A DNA stretch of 46,686 bases from an uncultured delta proteobacterium (GTDB lineage Bacteria; Desulfobacterota; Binatia; Bin18), in contig CAVTCR010000061.1 in NCBI GenBank assembly GCA_963733195.1, forward strand, positions 1 to 46,686, in the 5' to 3' direction. The position numbers and the translations under genes are program-made. The notes beneath the pieces are model-generated. The model did not search any database. It was given only the letters and a program-made list of their open reading frames with translations, and was not told where the DNA came from. This document shows positions 10,831 to 22,054 of this stretch, one piece after another; position 1 is the first letter of the stretch; each line of letters opens with the position of its first letter.

Positions 10831-11420
10831 TTAAAACAACGGTCCCATCACCTCGACCTTGACCTCGCCGTTGTTGATCGCCGGGGCCAGGATATTCATC
10901 AGTTCCATGCGTTGATTATTGGTCAGCTGCACCAAACGCGGCAGCGGAAGGTCTCCTTGTCCTCTTCGGTCCAGCGTTTGGCCGCCACGGCGGTCGTCAC
11001 CACACTCGATGCACTTTGATACGCCTCGCGATTCTCCGGCGTATTGAGTATTTGGGCTTCGGCGATTGCTTCTTCTTTCGCCCGCTGCGCCTCGGGACTC
11101 TCTTGCGCTACTGCGTTACGGACTTCTTCGCGGATGATTTGCGCGAGGTCTTGGCGTGAGATCTCAGAGTTCGCTGCTGCAGTTACGCGGGTTGGTTCAG
11201 GCCGTGCGTCATGCGTTTGCTTGACTTGCAGGGCTTGCGTCAACGCCATAACCGCTTGTTCGAGTTTTGCGAACCGTTGATCACTCTGAGCGTCAGTATG
11301 GGCTGGGGGCTCCGGCAGTGGCGGAAGTTGAGTCATCCAGGCAAAAACTCCTATACCCAGGATGAGGCCCATACTCACCGTTATAATCGTCCGCCAGATT
11401 CTTTTGTATTGCTGTGTCAT
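10831..11420 (-). CDS. Membrane-anchored GPLF protein, copy 2 (frameshift near 10935)
   Basis: ORF 10923-11420 has an N-terminal TM helix; the shifted frame ends ..EVMGPLF-TAA at 10831. Confidence 0.8.
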
Positions 11421-11521
11421 AATTTGTTCCCTTTCTTAAAAATGTGTGTGGAGTGTTTCTTTCACAACAGCAGCGGGAGCACTGTCACACCCCCGCCGCT
11501 ATGCTTTCGCCGAGTTAGTGC

Positions 11522-11903
11522 TCATTTGAGGTGGTAGATAAATTACTCAACTCGCAGGTAACCGCAGGTTGCAGTTCCCTTGGCGACAGCGAAGTGAATG
11601 AATGAGAAGTCAGTCATCGACCTGACCGCGGCTGCCCATCTCGTGTCGTTCTTATTACAGACGAAATACTTGCCAGTCTTGTCTCTTGCTGAACAGGTGA
11701 CGGCCGGATTGTGAGCGACACAGCTAATGTATTGTAGGTTGTCCGCTACTATAGCGCGCCCCTACCATGCTCCCATAGGCGAAGTCGGTTCCGACTTGAA
11801 CCTCGGGATGCTACGTGGACCCCGCCCATGCGGGGAAGCTATGTCGAACTAGGGCTACGCCAAGCATTGCTGTGATAATGAAGTTCTTCAGACTCGCTTT
11901 CAT
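11522..11903 (-). CDS. Small secreted Cys-containing protein A4 (beta subtype), frameshifted
   Basis: MKASLKNFII..PAWAG, PEVQVG, GSM.GARY, QYISC, TCSARDKTGKYFVC, MTDFSFIHF, ..YHLK-stop read across frames. Confidence 0.7.
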
Positions 11904-11990
11904 GATGTTGTTCTCCTTTTTTGAAGGGTAAAGAATGCTGTTAATGAAAACTTTCGGGATCTCCTGTAGTGACGGAATGAGCGTCGCTAC

Positions 11991-12402
11991 TTATTTGAGC
12001 TGGCTGGACCATCGTAGATCGTGATGTCGCTGCACCGTCCGGTGAAGGTCTGCCGTAATGAAAATGTACGAAGAGTCAGTCATAGCCTGGACTACTTCTT
12101 GCAATTTAGGATCTTGACACCCGCAGAAAAAAGTATTGCGTATGCTATTGTCGCGAGCAAAACACGATGACCAGACTGTCACTCGGATTAGTCGATGCGA
12201 CGATGAGCATCCGATATATTGATTGCTATCCGCACTGTAGCGTGCACTCGTCAGGCTTCCGTATGCGTAATGGTAAAATTGGTTGGAATAGATGGCGGAC
12301 CTCGGCGGTGATCGTTCGGCCGGCCCACGTCGGACCGGTCGTGGCCAACAAGGCCATGCCCAGAGCCACCAGACCGAGAATGTTCTTTAGATTTGCTTTC
12401 AT
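11991..12402 (-). CDS. Small secreted Cys-containing protein A3 (alpha subtype), frameshifted
   Basis: MKANLKNILGL..PTWAG; ARYSADSNQYIGC; CFARD; QAMTDSSYIF; ends QLK-stop. Confidence 0.7.
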
Positions 12403-12451
12403 GATGTTATTCTCCTTTCTCAACGGTTAAAGTTACTCCGTCAGTCGTTGC

Positions 12452-12850
12452 TTATCTGAGGTAGGCAGAGAAGTTCTCGAACATTCAGGTAGGTGCAAGA
12501 GCCGGGACCCGGGCCTGGGCTGAGGAGAATGGGATGTAGGAGAAGTCAGTAATTGCTTTAACCGCTGCTGCCAATCCCGGATTGGTGCTCGTGCAGACGA
12601 CTGACTTCCCAATCTTGTCCTTCGCTAAACATGTAACGAACGGACTGCTCAGTATTCGAAAAGCTACAGCCGATGTATTGTTGGTTATCGCCAGTATAGC
12701 GCGCCCCTGCCATGCTCCCGCGGGCGTCAACGTCGCTTACTTGCACCTCAGGGAGGCTCACTTCGCCTGCCCACACGGGATAGCTATTTGAGACCAGGGC
12801 CAACCCAAGACCGTCGCCATACCGATGAGTTTCCGTAGATATGTTTTCAT
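12452..12850 (-). CDS. Small secreted Cys-containing protein A2 (beta subtype), frameshifted
   Basis: MKTYLRKLIG..PVWAGEVSLPEV; GSMAGARYTGDNQQYIGC; TCLAKDKIGKSVVC; AITDFSYI; ends SAYLR-stop. Confidence 0.7.
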
Positions 12851-12937
12851 GATGTCGTTTTCCTTTCTGAGAAGATAAAGAATAGTGTTGACGGAACGTT
12901 TCGACTCTCTCGTCAGTGACAAACCCGGTGTCCTTAC

Positions 12938-13351
12938 TTATTTGAGGTAGACGGAGCAATTGTAAATCGTGATGTTGCCGCACTTTCCGGGGCGCGATCC
13001 GCAGCTCGAAGAAAATGTACGAAGAGTCAGTCATTGCCTGGACTTTCTATGTCCTTCGGGTCATGACTCCCGCATTGAAGAATAGTTGTCTGTGCTATCG
13101 ACGGCAGTACAATACACGTAAGGTAACGGACAACGGGGCCGCGAAAGTCTATCTCGCAGCCGATGGATTGCTAGCTATCCGTACTGTAGCGCGCACCCAC
13201 CATGCTTCCAGTCGCGTAAAGGAATACCGTTGCGATTACCCACGTAGACCTCAGGGGTACTCACTTCGCCCGCCCACGTCGGAATAGCGTTGGTGAACAA
13301 GCCCAGACACAGAGCCGTCAGACCGAGAATTTTCTTCAGATTTGTTTTCAT
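12938..13351 (-). CDS. Small secreted Cys-containing protein A1 (alpha subtype), frameshifted
   Basis: MKTNLKKILGL..PTWAGEVSTPEV; ARYSTDS; AMTDSSYIFF; ends SVYLK-stop. Confidence 0.7.
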
Positions 13352-13428
13352 GTTGTTATTCTCCTTTCTGAAATAGAACGTTGTTTCCTCTGCGCCTTTG
13401 CCATTCGTTGATTTATTGCGTGGATCAT
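13348..13428 (-). CDS. Putative 26-aa leader peptide translationally coupled to A1
   Basis: AAAGGAGAA RBS, then MIHAINQRMAKAQRKQRSISERRITT-TGA, with the stop overlapping the A1 ATG (ATGA); homologous 5-prime sequence near 40221-40303. Confidence 0.4.
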   Translation of the reverse strand: MIHAINQRMAKAQRKQRSISERRITT

Positions 13429-13478
13429 GTTGATGTTCTCCTTTCGCTGTCGCAATGCACATGTGTTCTGTTAAAGAG

Positions 13479-13564
13479 AGGCGTAACAAATGGTGGAACA
13501 ATTGTTCACGGTAAAAAGCGAGGCAAAAGGCGCAACCGAGCAGGAGAGGACGGAACAATTGTTC
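13479..13564 (-). promoter_or_regulatory. Conserved 31-bp element, copy 2 (13479-13509), plus distal palindrome (13553-13564)
   Basis: AGGCGTAACAAATGGTGGAACAATTGTTCAC, with a second GAACAATTGTTC 57 bp away. Confidence 0.85.
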
Positions 13565-13645
13565 ACTTAAACCGCAAAAGATTAGCACGACAAATTTGTC
13601 ACTCTGAGTGAAGTATAAAAATCTGCATTCAATCCGTCGGACGTG

Positions 13646-14451
13646 TCAGTTGTAGCCCAGATGAAATCCGGGCTCGTTGTTCCGAGCTGCTGATGTTGGG
13701 GAATAACGGAGGGCCACAACGGTACTGTCGTCTCGTCCACCCCGGGCATGGGCTAACTCCACCAACACGTCACAGGCTTGCTGTAGGTTGGTTCCTGCCT
13801 TCCACACGATGGCGTGGATCTCCTCGTCGACGAGGTCGCGATACACACCATCACTACAAATGAGAAACAGGTCCTCAGCCTGTGGAGCTTCAATCCGCAC
13901 GGCTCGGGATGAACTTCGGGTCCTACTCCGATCGCTTGGGTCAGAACGTGCCGATAACGGCTCGTCCGCCATTCTTGTGGACTCATCAGTCCGGCGCGGA
14001 CGAACTGCTGGGCGACCGTGTGATCTTCGGTCAATTGCTCCAGGACAGCCTCGCGCAAGCGATACACCCGCGTGTTGCCGACATGGCAGATCACGGCGCT
14101 TTCCTGGGATGAGTCGAAGGCCACAGCCGCAACGGTGGTCCCCATGCCCAGTAACTCTAACTGGCGATGACTCACCTCCAGCACCTGCGTATGTGCACGA
14201 TATACGGCATTAAGCAGGGGCTGACTGGGCGGCAACGGCGTAGGGCTGGGTGTCTGGACCTGCACGTCTGTGTCCAGCAGTGTGTGTCGTATCGTCTCGA
14301 CGGCGAGGGTGCTGGCGAGAGTGCCCCCCCGCTGTCCTCCCATGCCATCGGCAACGACATAGGTCTGCAGATCAGGAAAGAGGCCGAAGGCATCTTCATT
14401 ACGTGGCCGCACTTTGCCACAATCGGTACGAACTGCAGTGGTGATAGACAT
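13646..14451 (-). CDS. PP2C/PPM-family Ser/Thr phosphatase-like protein, copy 1 (frameshift near 13905)
   Basis: TDCGKVR..NEDA, VADGMGG, GMGTT, LTEDHT, LTQAIG, LICSDG and GGRDDSTVV; the usual GDSR motif reads GNTR. Confidence 0.85.
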
Positions 14452-14462
14452 AATCAGTTTCC

Positions 14463-14708
14463 TTAGGTGAGGCGATAGCGTGTAGGTGTAGCGAGTGGAT
14501 CGCTATCCCCTGTTCGCCATGGCGCCAGAGTGAGTGTTTCTGTCGTCGAAGCATCGGATAGGTTCTGACCCATCCGACGAGGCTCCTGCCGTGTGGCTGC
14601 CGCAATCGCTTCCCGTACGCCGAAGTGCCCGCTCGCGCAGAGCGCAAGAATGACGTCGGTAAGTGAGGGGTCAGTCAGCGAAACGAGTGATTCTGCCTGT
14701 GTATGCAT
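14463..14708 (-). CDS. Hypothetical 81-aa protein, copy 1
   Basis: RBS AGGAGA; conserved in the duplicate at 22055-22301; stop lies 12 bp from the PP2C start. Confidence 0.5.
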   Translation of the reverse strand: MHTQAESLVSLTDPSLTDVILALCASGHFGVREAIAAATRQEPRRMGQNLSDASTTETLTLAPWRTGDSDPLATPTRYRLT

Positions 14709-14770
14709 GGTGAGGTTTCTCCTGTGGCCGTCGAGGTCAAGACACGACGTGTGCGTGCATCCTTCCTTGC

Positions 14771-14974
14771 TTACAACACCCTATAGTTTTGCAGGGCGTG
14801 ATAACAAACGTAGGAGAGGAACGTGGCCATACCGAAGGTTACGGCGATGAAAGCCCTCTCATAGAGGGTTTCTTTGTTGACGCGATACGTCAGGCGTTCT
14901 TGCGTTGAAGACTCGATACGGGGAAACGCGTCTGCGGGTTGTACTGTTACAATGTTCGTGGTGTTCATGCTCAT
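14771..14974 (-). CDS. Small membrane protein (67 aa, C-terminal TM helix), copy 1
   Basis: RBS AAGGA; hydrophobic AFIAVTFGMATFLSYVCY; duplicated at 22364-22567. Confidence 0.6.
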   Translation of the reverse strand: MSMNTTNIVTVQPADAFPRIESSTQERLTYRVNKETLYERAFIAVTFGMATFLSYVCYHALQNYRVL

Positions 14975-15036
14975 TTTCCTTTCTTTAGGTCGTAAGTTCG
15001 GCGGGTGAGTGTTGCCTCACCCGTCTCTGCTAAGAA

Positions 15037-15116
15037 AGGCGTAACAAATGAGGGAACAATTGTTCACTGCAAGGCGAGGAAAAGGGAGCTGGAAGGAAAG
15101 GAAGGAACAGTTGTTC
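15037..15116 (-). promoter_or_regulatory. Conserved 31-bp element, copy 3 (15037-15067), plus distal GAACAGTTGTTC (15105-15116)
   Basis: AGGCGTAACAAATGAGGGAACAATTGTTCAC, 63 bp upstream of ATG 14974. Confidence 0.85.
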
Positions 15117-15503
15117 AGTGTAAGAGCTGGGTACAAGGGAAAAAAGGGAAAGGGATAAATGGATAAACAGGATGAAGGCGAAATGGAGAAAGGGCGAAAC
15201 GGCGAAGAAGGCTATAGGAAAATACAGCCAGGATAAGCCTGTCCCGGCTGCGCCAGTGCCGCCCCCTAGGAGGGGGCAGGCGGGCAGGGTGAGCCCAGTC
15301 GAAGGGGCCGTAAGCCGGTCCCGGCTGATGATTGCGCCGGAAACGCTACGCTGATTCCGGCCTACGTTCTGCAGAGGTTATCACAACGTATGTTTCAGCA
15401 GGAGCGTGAGCGAAGAAGTTCTGTAGAGAGATTCTTCGCGTTGCTCAGGAATGACACGATGTATAGCCGTAGCGTAAAGCGCTTCAATGGCTTGGGCGTG
15501 ATC

Positions 15504-17961
15504 TCAGTGTCCACTGTTACTCGTTGGCACGGTAACAGTAGCTGTCACGTCACGAGTGTTGCCAGAGGTGTCAGTCGCGCGGTACGTGATGGTATACACC
15601 CGACCGCGTGCTTTGACCACCCGTGCTCGCGCTCGGAACGTAACGAGAAGGTGCGATCATCGGTACCAAGAGCTGCACCTTCAATATCTGGCCCTTTGTC
15701 TCCATTTCCAAGAAACCCGTTGCCGGTTCATTACTGGTATCGAGACCAGTGTGACGGTCGGATGCGGATCACAATTGTCGGTCACGGTGATCGTCGCCGT
15801 CACATTTTGGAATTTATGATTTGGTGGCCACAGAGTCGTTGGCGATAACGTCACGGTGAGGGTGGGCGGAGCAACGTCAAGGACCTCCAGTGGTGCTGAA
15901 CCGGAAGCCGCCAGTTCATTGCTCACCATATCCTTGAAGGCCACCGAAGCACTCACGCTAGTAAAATCGCCCGGACAGGCGTTCAGGGGCACGGTGAAGT
16001 TGCTCGTGCGCGTCACGAGCCCGCCGACCACGACGGCATTGAGATCTTCTCACCTGCGTTACTCCGTCTGGTCGCGTATCGGTGAGGACCGCTTGCAGTG
16101 CCGGGCCACGCCCTTGATTACGGATCTGCGTGGTGTCAGGTGAACATGGTCACCAGGCTTAGCGGTCGTTGGGCCGGTTTTATCAACAACGACCCCGGGG
16201 GCGGCCATTGTCGCCATAAATTCCCGCGACCTGTCTGATGGTCTCTGGGTCAGCTTCTCTTCAACTGGAACACTCCCGGCGCTGCCGGCACTCTGCGATA
16301 GTCTACGAGGCTATAGATGCAGATTGGGCCAGTCATTAAAGCCCTAGCAGAATCTCATCACTTACTACCGTTGCCATCGCGATGTCAGCTCGGATATTGT
16401 TTATTGTTCGGAGCCGGACACGTCGCGCCTTCGAGCACGATTATCATCAATCCACTGCCGCGAGCCGAAACCAAGTTGTCCGGCGTCAATGCCAATACAT
16501 TCATCCAGGCTCGCGTTCATCCAGAAACTTTGAGGCTAAGGGAGGTAAGACAATGCGTGAGTAGTCACAGCCTCCGGGCAGGAATCCATTCGGACTCGGC
16601 GTGGATACGACATTCTTGAAACGCATAGTTCATCACACTGAGGTAGTTTGGCTTGCCATTCGGCAGGTCGCTGTCACCGCCGTGGTCGAGACCCAAGCGT
16701 ATGCCCGAGCTTCATGCATAAAAGTGCCGGCTTGCTCCGCGCGATTACCAACCGAGAAACCATTGGCATCGGTGATCCCAACAGGGAAAAGTTGGCGTAA
16801 GATCTACCCCCGAGGGTCACGATAAACTCGTTGCCAGGGATCGTAGTTCGCCTCGCCGCTGGTGCAGTCATCCGTGGCCTGCCGATAGTTCGTCTGATGA
16901 CCAAAGATCGCATAGCGGAAGAGCAAGTCTCGGCGGCTGTCGAAGAAGGCCTCCCGCAGGTCAGCAAACTTTGTCCCGTTTCCTTTTGGACTACTGAATG
17001 ATTCAATAATCTCGTTGCCAGCTTCGGCAATCTGGGTTCCCCCACCACCGAAGTTGCCGTACTGTCCCAGTGACACCGCCTGTCCCAGGAACAGAGATGA
17101 TCCCTGCTCCGAACAGCGGACCAGTATCGACATGGAGTTGAACACCCAGTGGTCCCGTCAAGATTAGCGACTGGTGCGTTGGCAAACGACTCGCACGGCG
17201 TCGGCGATGGCATCTGTTCGTGGGCAGTGAGAATGGGTCATGGCGACTAAACAATCGACCTCGACGAACACATCCTTGCGCCGCGGATTCGCCCCGAACG
17301 CCGGCAGGTTCACATCGATGGTCCCATCGCCGTCGGCATTAAAGCCGTTCTGCTCCCAGCTATCGAGCAAGCCGTCTTCATCCGCATCCCCACTCGCGGA
17401 TAACCACACTGATGTTCAAAGCAGACCCTCACGTCACGCTCATCATGCCCCTCCACACAATTTTGCGGCCAGTTGATGTCCCCACTCCAGCGCCCGGTCG
17501 TCAAATTCACGTCGAGCCCTAACGTGTAATTCCCGGCGAGAGGATTAATGTCGCCTTGGTCGTCGTCGTCATCGAGGATGTTGTCGTCGCTATCCCAGAT
17601 TTGAATCAGCACCGGGACGCTGCCATCGGAACTGGACACCTCCTGGGTCATCACCCACGCAGGATCAGGAAACAAGGGGCCAAAAGGAGTGATAAACCCC
17701 GTCCCAATCCCACCAGGAAAATTAAAGTGGTCCGCGAAGGTGTCATGCCTCGCCCCGTTGATAATGGCAACTGCATACAAGTCTCCAGGGGATGGGAAGG
17801 CGCCCCGTCCATGTCGCCCTCAAGATCCCACACTTCTGTGATAGTGACGGTGACCGGCTGGGTCTGCGCATGACTGACAGTTGGCAACAATAGCGTTACG
17901 GCAGTACACACTAACAAGCAGAGCAGATAGAACACAACTGAAAACTGTGAAATGTGAACAT
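15504..17961 (-). CDS. Large secreted multidomain metzincin-type zinc protease, copy 1 (many frameshifts)
   Basis: Signal peptide ..PTVSHA; IQIWDSDD C2-like domain; DADEDGLLDSWE Ca-binding motif; FMHELGHTLGLDHGG after indel correction near 16690-16712; DUF11-like domain; LWPPNHKF..RVYTITYRATD Ig-like tail; paralog of 18450-20888. Confidence 0.7.
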
Positions 17962-18094
17962 GATGAGTTCTCCTTTCTCTTCAGATTGTATTTTGTGAAC
18001 GGTTGATAGTGATTTGTTCTCCGATTCCCTGTTCTCATTTCGCTTTGTCTCGCCTCCTTTCTTTGCCGCAGTGCACTGTGTGTTCTGCTAAGGA

Positions 18095-18187
18095 AGGCGT
18101 AACAAATGGTGGAACAATTGTTCACTGCACGGATGCAAGCCAGCAGTGGCACCCTGCTGCGGGCAGGAAAGGAAGGAACAATTGTTC
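18095..18187 (-). promoter_or_regulatory. Conserved 31-bp element, copy 4 (18095-18125), plus distal palindrome (18176-18187)
   Basis: Exact consensus; second GAACAATTGTTC 64 bp away. Confidence 0.85.
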
Positions 18188-18384
18188 ACTACGAAAAGTG
18201 AGGAACAGGAGAAATCGATAAAGGAGAAGGGAGAAAAGGCAAAATGGAGGAGAAGGCAGGCGCACGGTCAGGAAGCAATAAGGAATGAGCAAGGCAAAAT
18301 GATGAATGGAGAAGGAAGGCTAGAGGCTGAAGGCGGTGCGGGCGGAAGTGTAGAGTGCGAAATGCGGAGTGGCGATTGAAGAGG

Positions 18385-18420
18385 CGTAGGCCGGAAACGC
18401 TACGCGTATTCCGGCCTACT
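18385..18420. repeat. GTAG-type REP palindrome
   Basis: GTAGGCCGGAAACGCTACGCGTATTCCGGCCTAC forms a hairpin; related copies near 3085 and 15335. Confidence 0.7.
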
Positions 18421-18449
18421 GTTGGGTGCCGCACTGGCGCGGGCGTGAT

Positions 18450-20888
18450 TTAGTTCCCGCTCATACTCGTCGGCACCGTGACGGTGGCTACCGCCTCTTT
18501 CGTGTTGCCCGAGCGGTCAGTGGCACGGTACGTAATGGTGTACACCCGACCGGTGTTTTGCCCACCCGTCCTACGCTCGGCACGCACCGAGAACGAGCGA
18601 TCATCCGTGCCGACCGCTGCCCCCACAATATCCGGGCTCTTTGTCTCCATGACCCAGAAACCCGTTTCCGGTTCGTTACTGGTCACCGAACCAGCGTGAC
18701 CGTTGGCTGTGGGATCACAATTGTCGCGTCACCGTGATGGTCGCCGCACATGGTCCTGGAGGTCATGACTGGGTGACCACAGGATCTGTCGGGGAGACCG
18801 TCACCGTCAGGGTCGGCGGAGCAACGTCAAGGATCTCCAGCGGTGCTGAACCGGAAGCCGTCAGTTCATTGCTCACCATATCCTTGAAGGCCACGGAGGC
18901 ACTCACACTAGTAAAATCACCTGGACAAGCGTTCAGTGGCACGGTGAAGTTGCTCGTCCGCGTCACGAGCCCGCCAACCACAACCGCATTCAGATCTTCC
19001 ACCTGCGTTCCCCCGTCCGGTCGCGTATCAGTGAAGACCACCTGCAACGCCGGGCCGCGCCCTTGGTTGCGGATCTGCGTGGTGTAGGTGAGCAGGTCGC
19101 CAGGCTTAGCGGTCGCTGGACCGGTCTTATCGACCACGACCCCGGGTGCTGCCATTGCAGCCATAAACTCCCGCGACTCTTGGATCGTCTCCGGCTCAGC
19201 CTCGTCTTCGACTGGAACACCCCCGCTGCCACCACTCGCAATAAACACGAGGCTATACGTCAGATTGGGCCAGTCATCGAAGCCAGTGAGAGGAGTCGAT
19301 GAGGATCGCTCCATCGCCATTGATGTCAGCTTGGATATTTGCGGTAAACGGAGCCGGACACGTCGCACCTTCGAGTACGTCGCCAGCATTCCACTTCCGC
19401 GGACCGAAACCGAGTTGCCCGGCATCAATGCCGATACATTCATCCAGATTGAGTTCAGCCAAACTTGCCGGAACGAAGGGAGGTAAGGCAATGCGTGAAT
19501 AGTCACATCCGCCGGGCAAAAATCCATTCGGACTCGACGGAACACTACATTCTTGGAACGCATAATTCATGACACTGAGGTAGTTTGGTTTATCGTTGAT
19601 AAGCGCTTGATCCCCACCATGAAAGAGGCCAAGTGTATGACCGAGTTCATGCAGGAACGTCCCTGCTTGCTGTTGAACATTCCCGACCGAGAAACCGTTG
19701 GAGTCAGTCTCCCAACACGGGTCACCATTCGGCTTCACGCCACCGAGCGTCACGAAAAATTCATTGCTCGGAATCGCGTTCGCCTCGCCGCTGGTACAGT
19801 CATTCGTGGCCAGCCGACGTTGGTCTGGTGACCAAAGATCGCGTACCGAAAGACAAGCTCTCGTCGGTGGTCGAAAAAGGCCTCCCGCAGGGTAGCAAAC
19901 TCGGTCCCGCTTCCTTTCGGACTATTGAAGCCTCAATAATCTCGTTGCCAGCTTCGGCAATCTGCTGCCCGCCTCCACCAAAGTCGCCAACTGTTCCTTT
20001 CACGCCGCCAGACCCTGAGACGGGAAAGATCGTCCCCGCTCCGAATAACGGACCGGTATCGACGTGCAGCTGCACGCCGGTGGTCCCATCAGGATTAGCG
20101 ACTGGGGCATTGGCGAAGGCGAGTATGGCATTGCTCATGGCGGCAGTCCCCGGGCAATGAGAATGGTTTCCGGCGACCAAACAATCCACCTCGACGAACA
20201 CATCCTTGCGCAGCGGATGGGCTCCTAACGCAGGAAGGTTGACGTCGATAGTTGTGTCAGTATCAGCATTGAAGCCGTTCAGTTCCCAGCTATCGAGCAA
20301 GCCGTCTTCATCCGCGTCGCCAGTCGCGGACAGCACACTGATGTCAAAGCAGACCCTCACCGGCCGCTCATCACTCCCCTCTACGCAACTCTGTGGCCAG
20401 TTCACATCCCCGCTCCATTTCCCCGTCGCCAAATTCACGTCGAGCACTAACGTGAAGCTGCCTGAGGTGGGGTTAATGTCGCCCTGGTCATCGTCGTCAT
20501 CAAGAATGTTATCGTCGCTATCCCAGATTTGAATCAGCACGGGGACGGTGTCGAGCGTGAACGGGACCTCCTGAGTTAGCACCCATAGAGGATTAGGATA
20601 AATGGGGCCAAAGGGAACGGGATACCCGGTCGTAGGCTCAAAAGGAAAATCAAAGTGGTCGGCGAAGGTGTCATGCTTCGTCCCATTGATAATGGCGACG
20701 GCATAGAGGTCGCCAGGGGAGATGAAGACGTCGCCGTCCATTCCGAGCTCAAGATCCCACACTTCTGTGATGGTAACGGTGACCGGTTTGGTTTGTGCAT
20801 GACTGATGGTTGGCAACAAGAGCGTTACGGCGGTAACGCTAAGAAGCAGAGCAGATAGAACACGACGAAAATTGTGCAATGTGAACAT
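18450..20888 (-). CDS. Large secreted multidomain metzincin-type zinc protease, copy 2 (frameshifted)
   Basis: ORFs 19800-20888, 19274-19753 (GTFLHELGHTLGLFHGG..SVMNY = HExxHxxGxxH plus Met-turn), 18763-19563 (DKTGPATAKPGDLLTYT, DUF11-like) and 18450-18686 form one gene. Confidence 0.8.
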
Positions 20889-21020
20889 GTGAGTTCTCCT
20901 TTCCCTTCCGAACGTATTTTGTGAGCGGTTGATGGTGATTTGTTCTCCGATTCCCTGGTCTCATTTCCTTTATCTCGCCTCCCCTTCTTTGCCGCAGTGC
21001 ACTGTATGTTCTGCTAAGGA

Positions 21021-21113
21021 AGGCGTAACAAATGGTGGAACAATTGTTCACTGCACGGATGCAAGCCAGCAGTGGCACCCTGCTGCGGGCAGGAAAGGAA
21101 GGAACAATTGTTC
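21021..21113 (-). promoter_or_regulatory. Conserved 31-bp element, copy 5 (21021-21051), plus distal palindrome (21102-21113)
   Basis: Exact consensus, 133 bp upstream of ATG 20888. Confidence 0.85.
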
Positions 21114-21276
21114 ACTACGAGGAGGGAGGAACAGGGGAAAAAACCGAAGCGGAGAAACGGAGATGGGGAGAAAGGGGAGAGAACGACGAAACGGAGGACA
21201 CTATGGCTACAACTTGTGCGACCTGTCGTAGCGAGAGGGAATTTTTCATCTTGGCGGGAATCCTGGCCCCGTATTC

Positions 21277-22046
21277 TCAGCCCTCTGAGGCGGGGGAATA
21301 ACGGAGGGCCACAACGGTACTGTCATCTCGCCCACCCCGGGCATGGGCTAACTCCACCAACACGTCACAGGCTTGCTGTAGGTTGGTTCCTGCCTTCCAC
21401 ACGATGGCGCGGATCTCCTCGTCTACGAGGTCGCGATACACACCATCACTACAAATGAGAAACAGGTCCCCAGCCTGTGGAGCTTCAATCCGCACGGTGG
21501 GATGAACTCGGGCCCTACGCCGATCGCTTGGGTCAGAACGTGCCGATAACGGCTCGTCCGCCATTCATGTGGACTCATCAGCCCGGCGCGAACGAGCTGC
21601 TGGGCGACCGTGTGATCTTCGGTCAATTGCTCCAGGACAGCCTCGCGCAAGCGATACACCCGCGTGTTGCCGACATGACAGATCACGGCGCTTTCCTGGG
21701 ATGAGTCGAAGGCCACAGCCGCTACGGTGGTGCTCATGCCCAGTAACTCCAACTGACGGTGACTCACCTCCAACACCTGTGTATGTGCACGATATACGGC
21801 ATGGAGCAGGGGCTGACTGGGCTGCAACGGCGTACGGCTGGGTGTCTGTACCTGCACGTCTGTGTCCAGCAGTGCGTGTCGTATCGTCTCGACGGCGAGG
21901 GTGCTGGCGATGGTGCCCCCCTGCTGTCCTCCCATGCCATCGGCAACGACATAGGTCTGCAGATCAGGAAAGAGGCCGAAGGCATCTTCATTCCGTGACC
22001 GCACTTTGCCACAATCGGTACGAACTGCAGTAGTGATAGACATCAT
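21277..22046 (-). CDS. PP2C/PPM-family phosphatase-like protein, copy 2 (frameshift near 21507)
   Basis: Same motifs as copy 1, including the GNTR variant; ORFs 21423-22046 plus 21277-21564. Confidence 0.85.
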
Positions 22047-22054
22047 CAGTTTCC

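Larger units (their letters stand above)
13698..14982. repeat. About 1.28-kb segmental duplication (other copy 21294-22575)
   Basis: Near-identical DNA spanning the two small ORFs and the PP2C gene. Confidence 0.9.

Noticed and set aside
11522-13351. Small-protein arrays as RiPP precursors or DGR targets
   Set aside because: The ~130-aa proteins have Sec-type signal peptides and apparently folded Cys-containing domains; there are no modifying enzymes, reverse transcriptase or adenine-specific TR/VR pair
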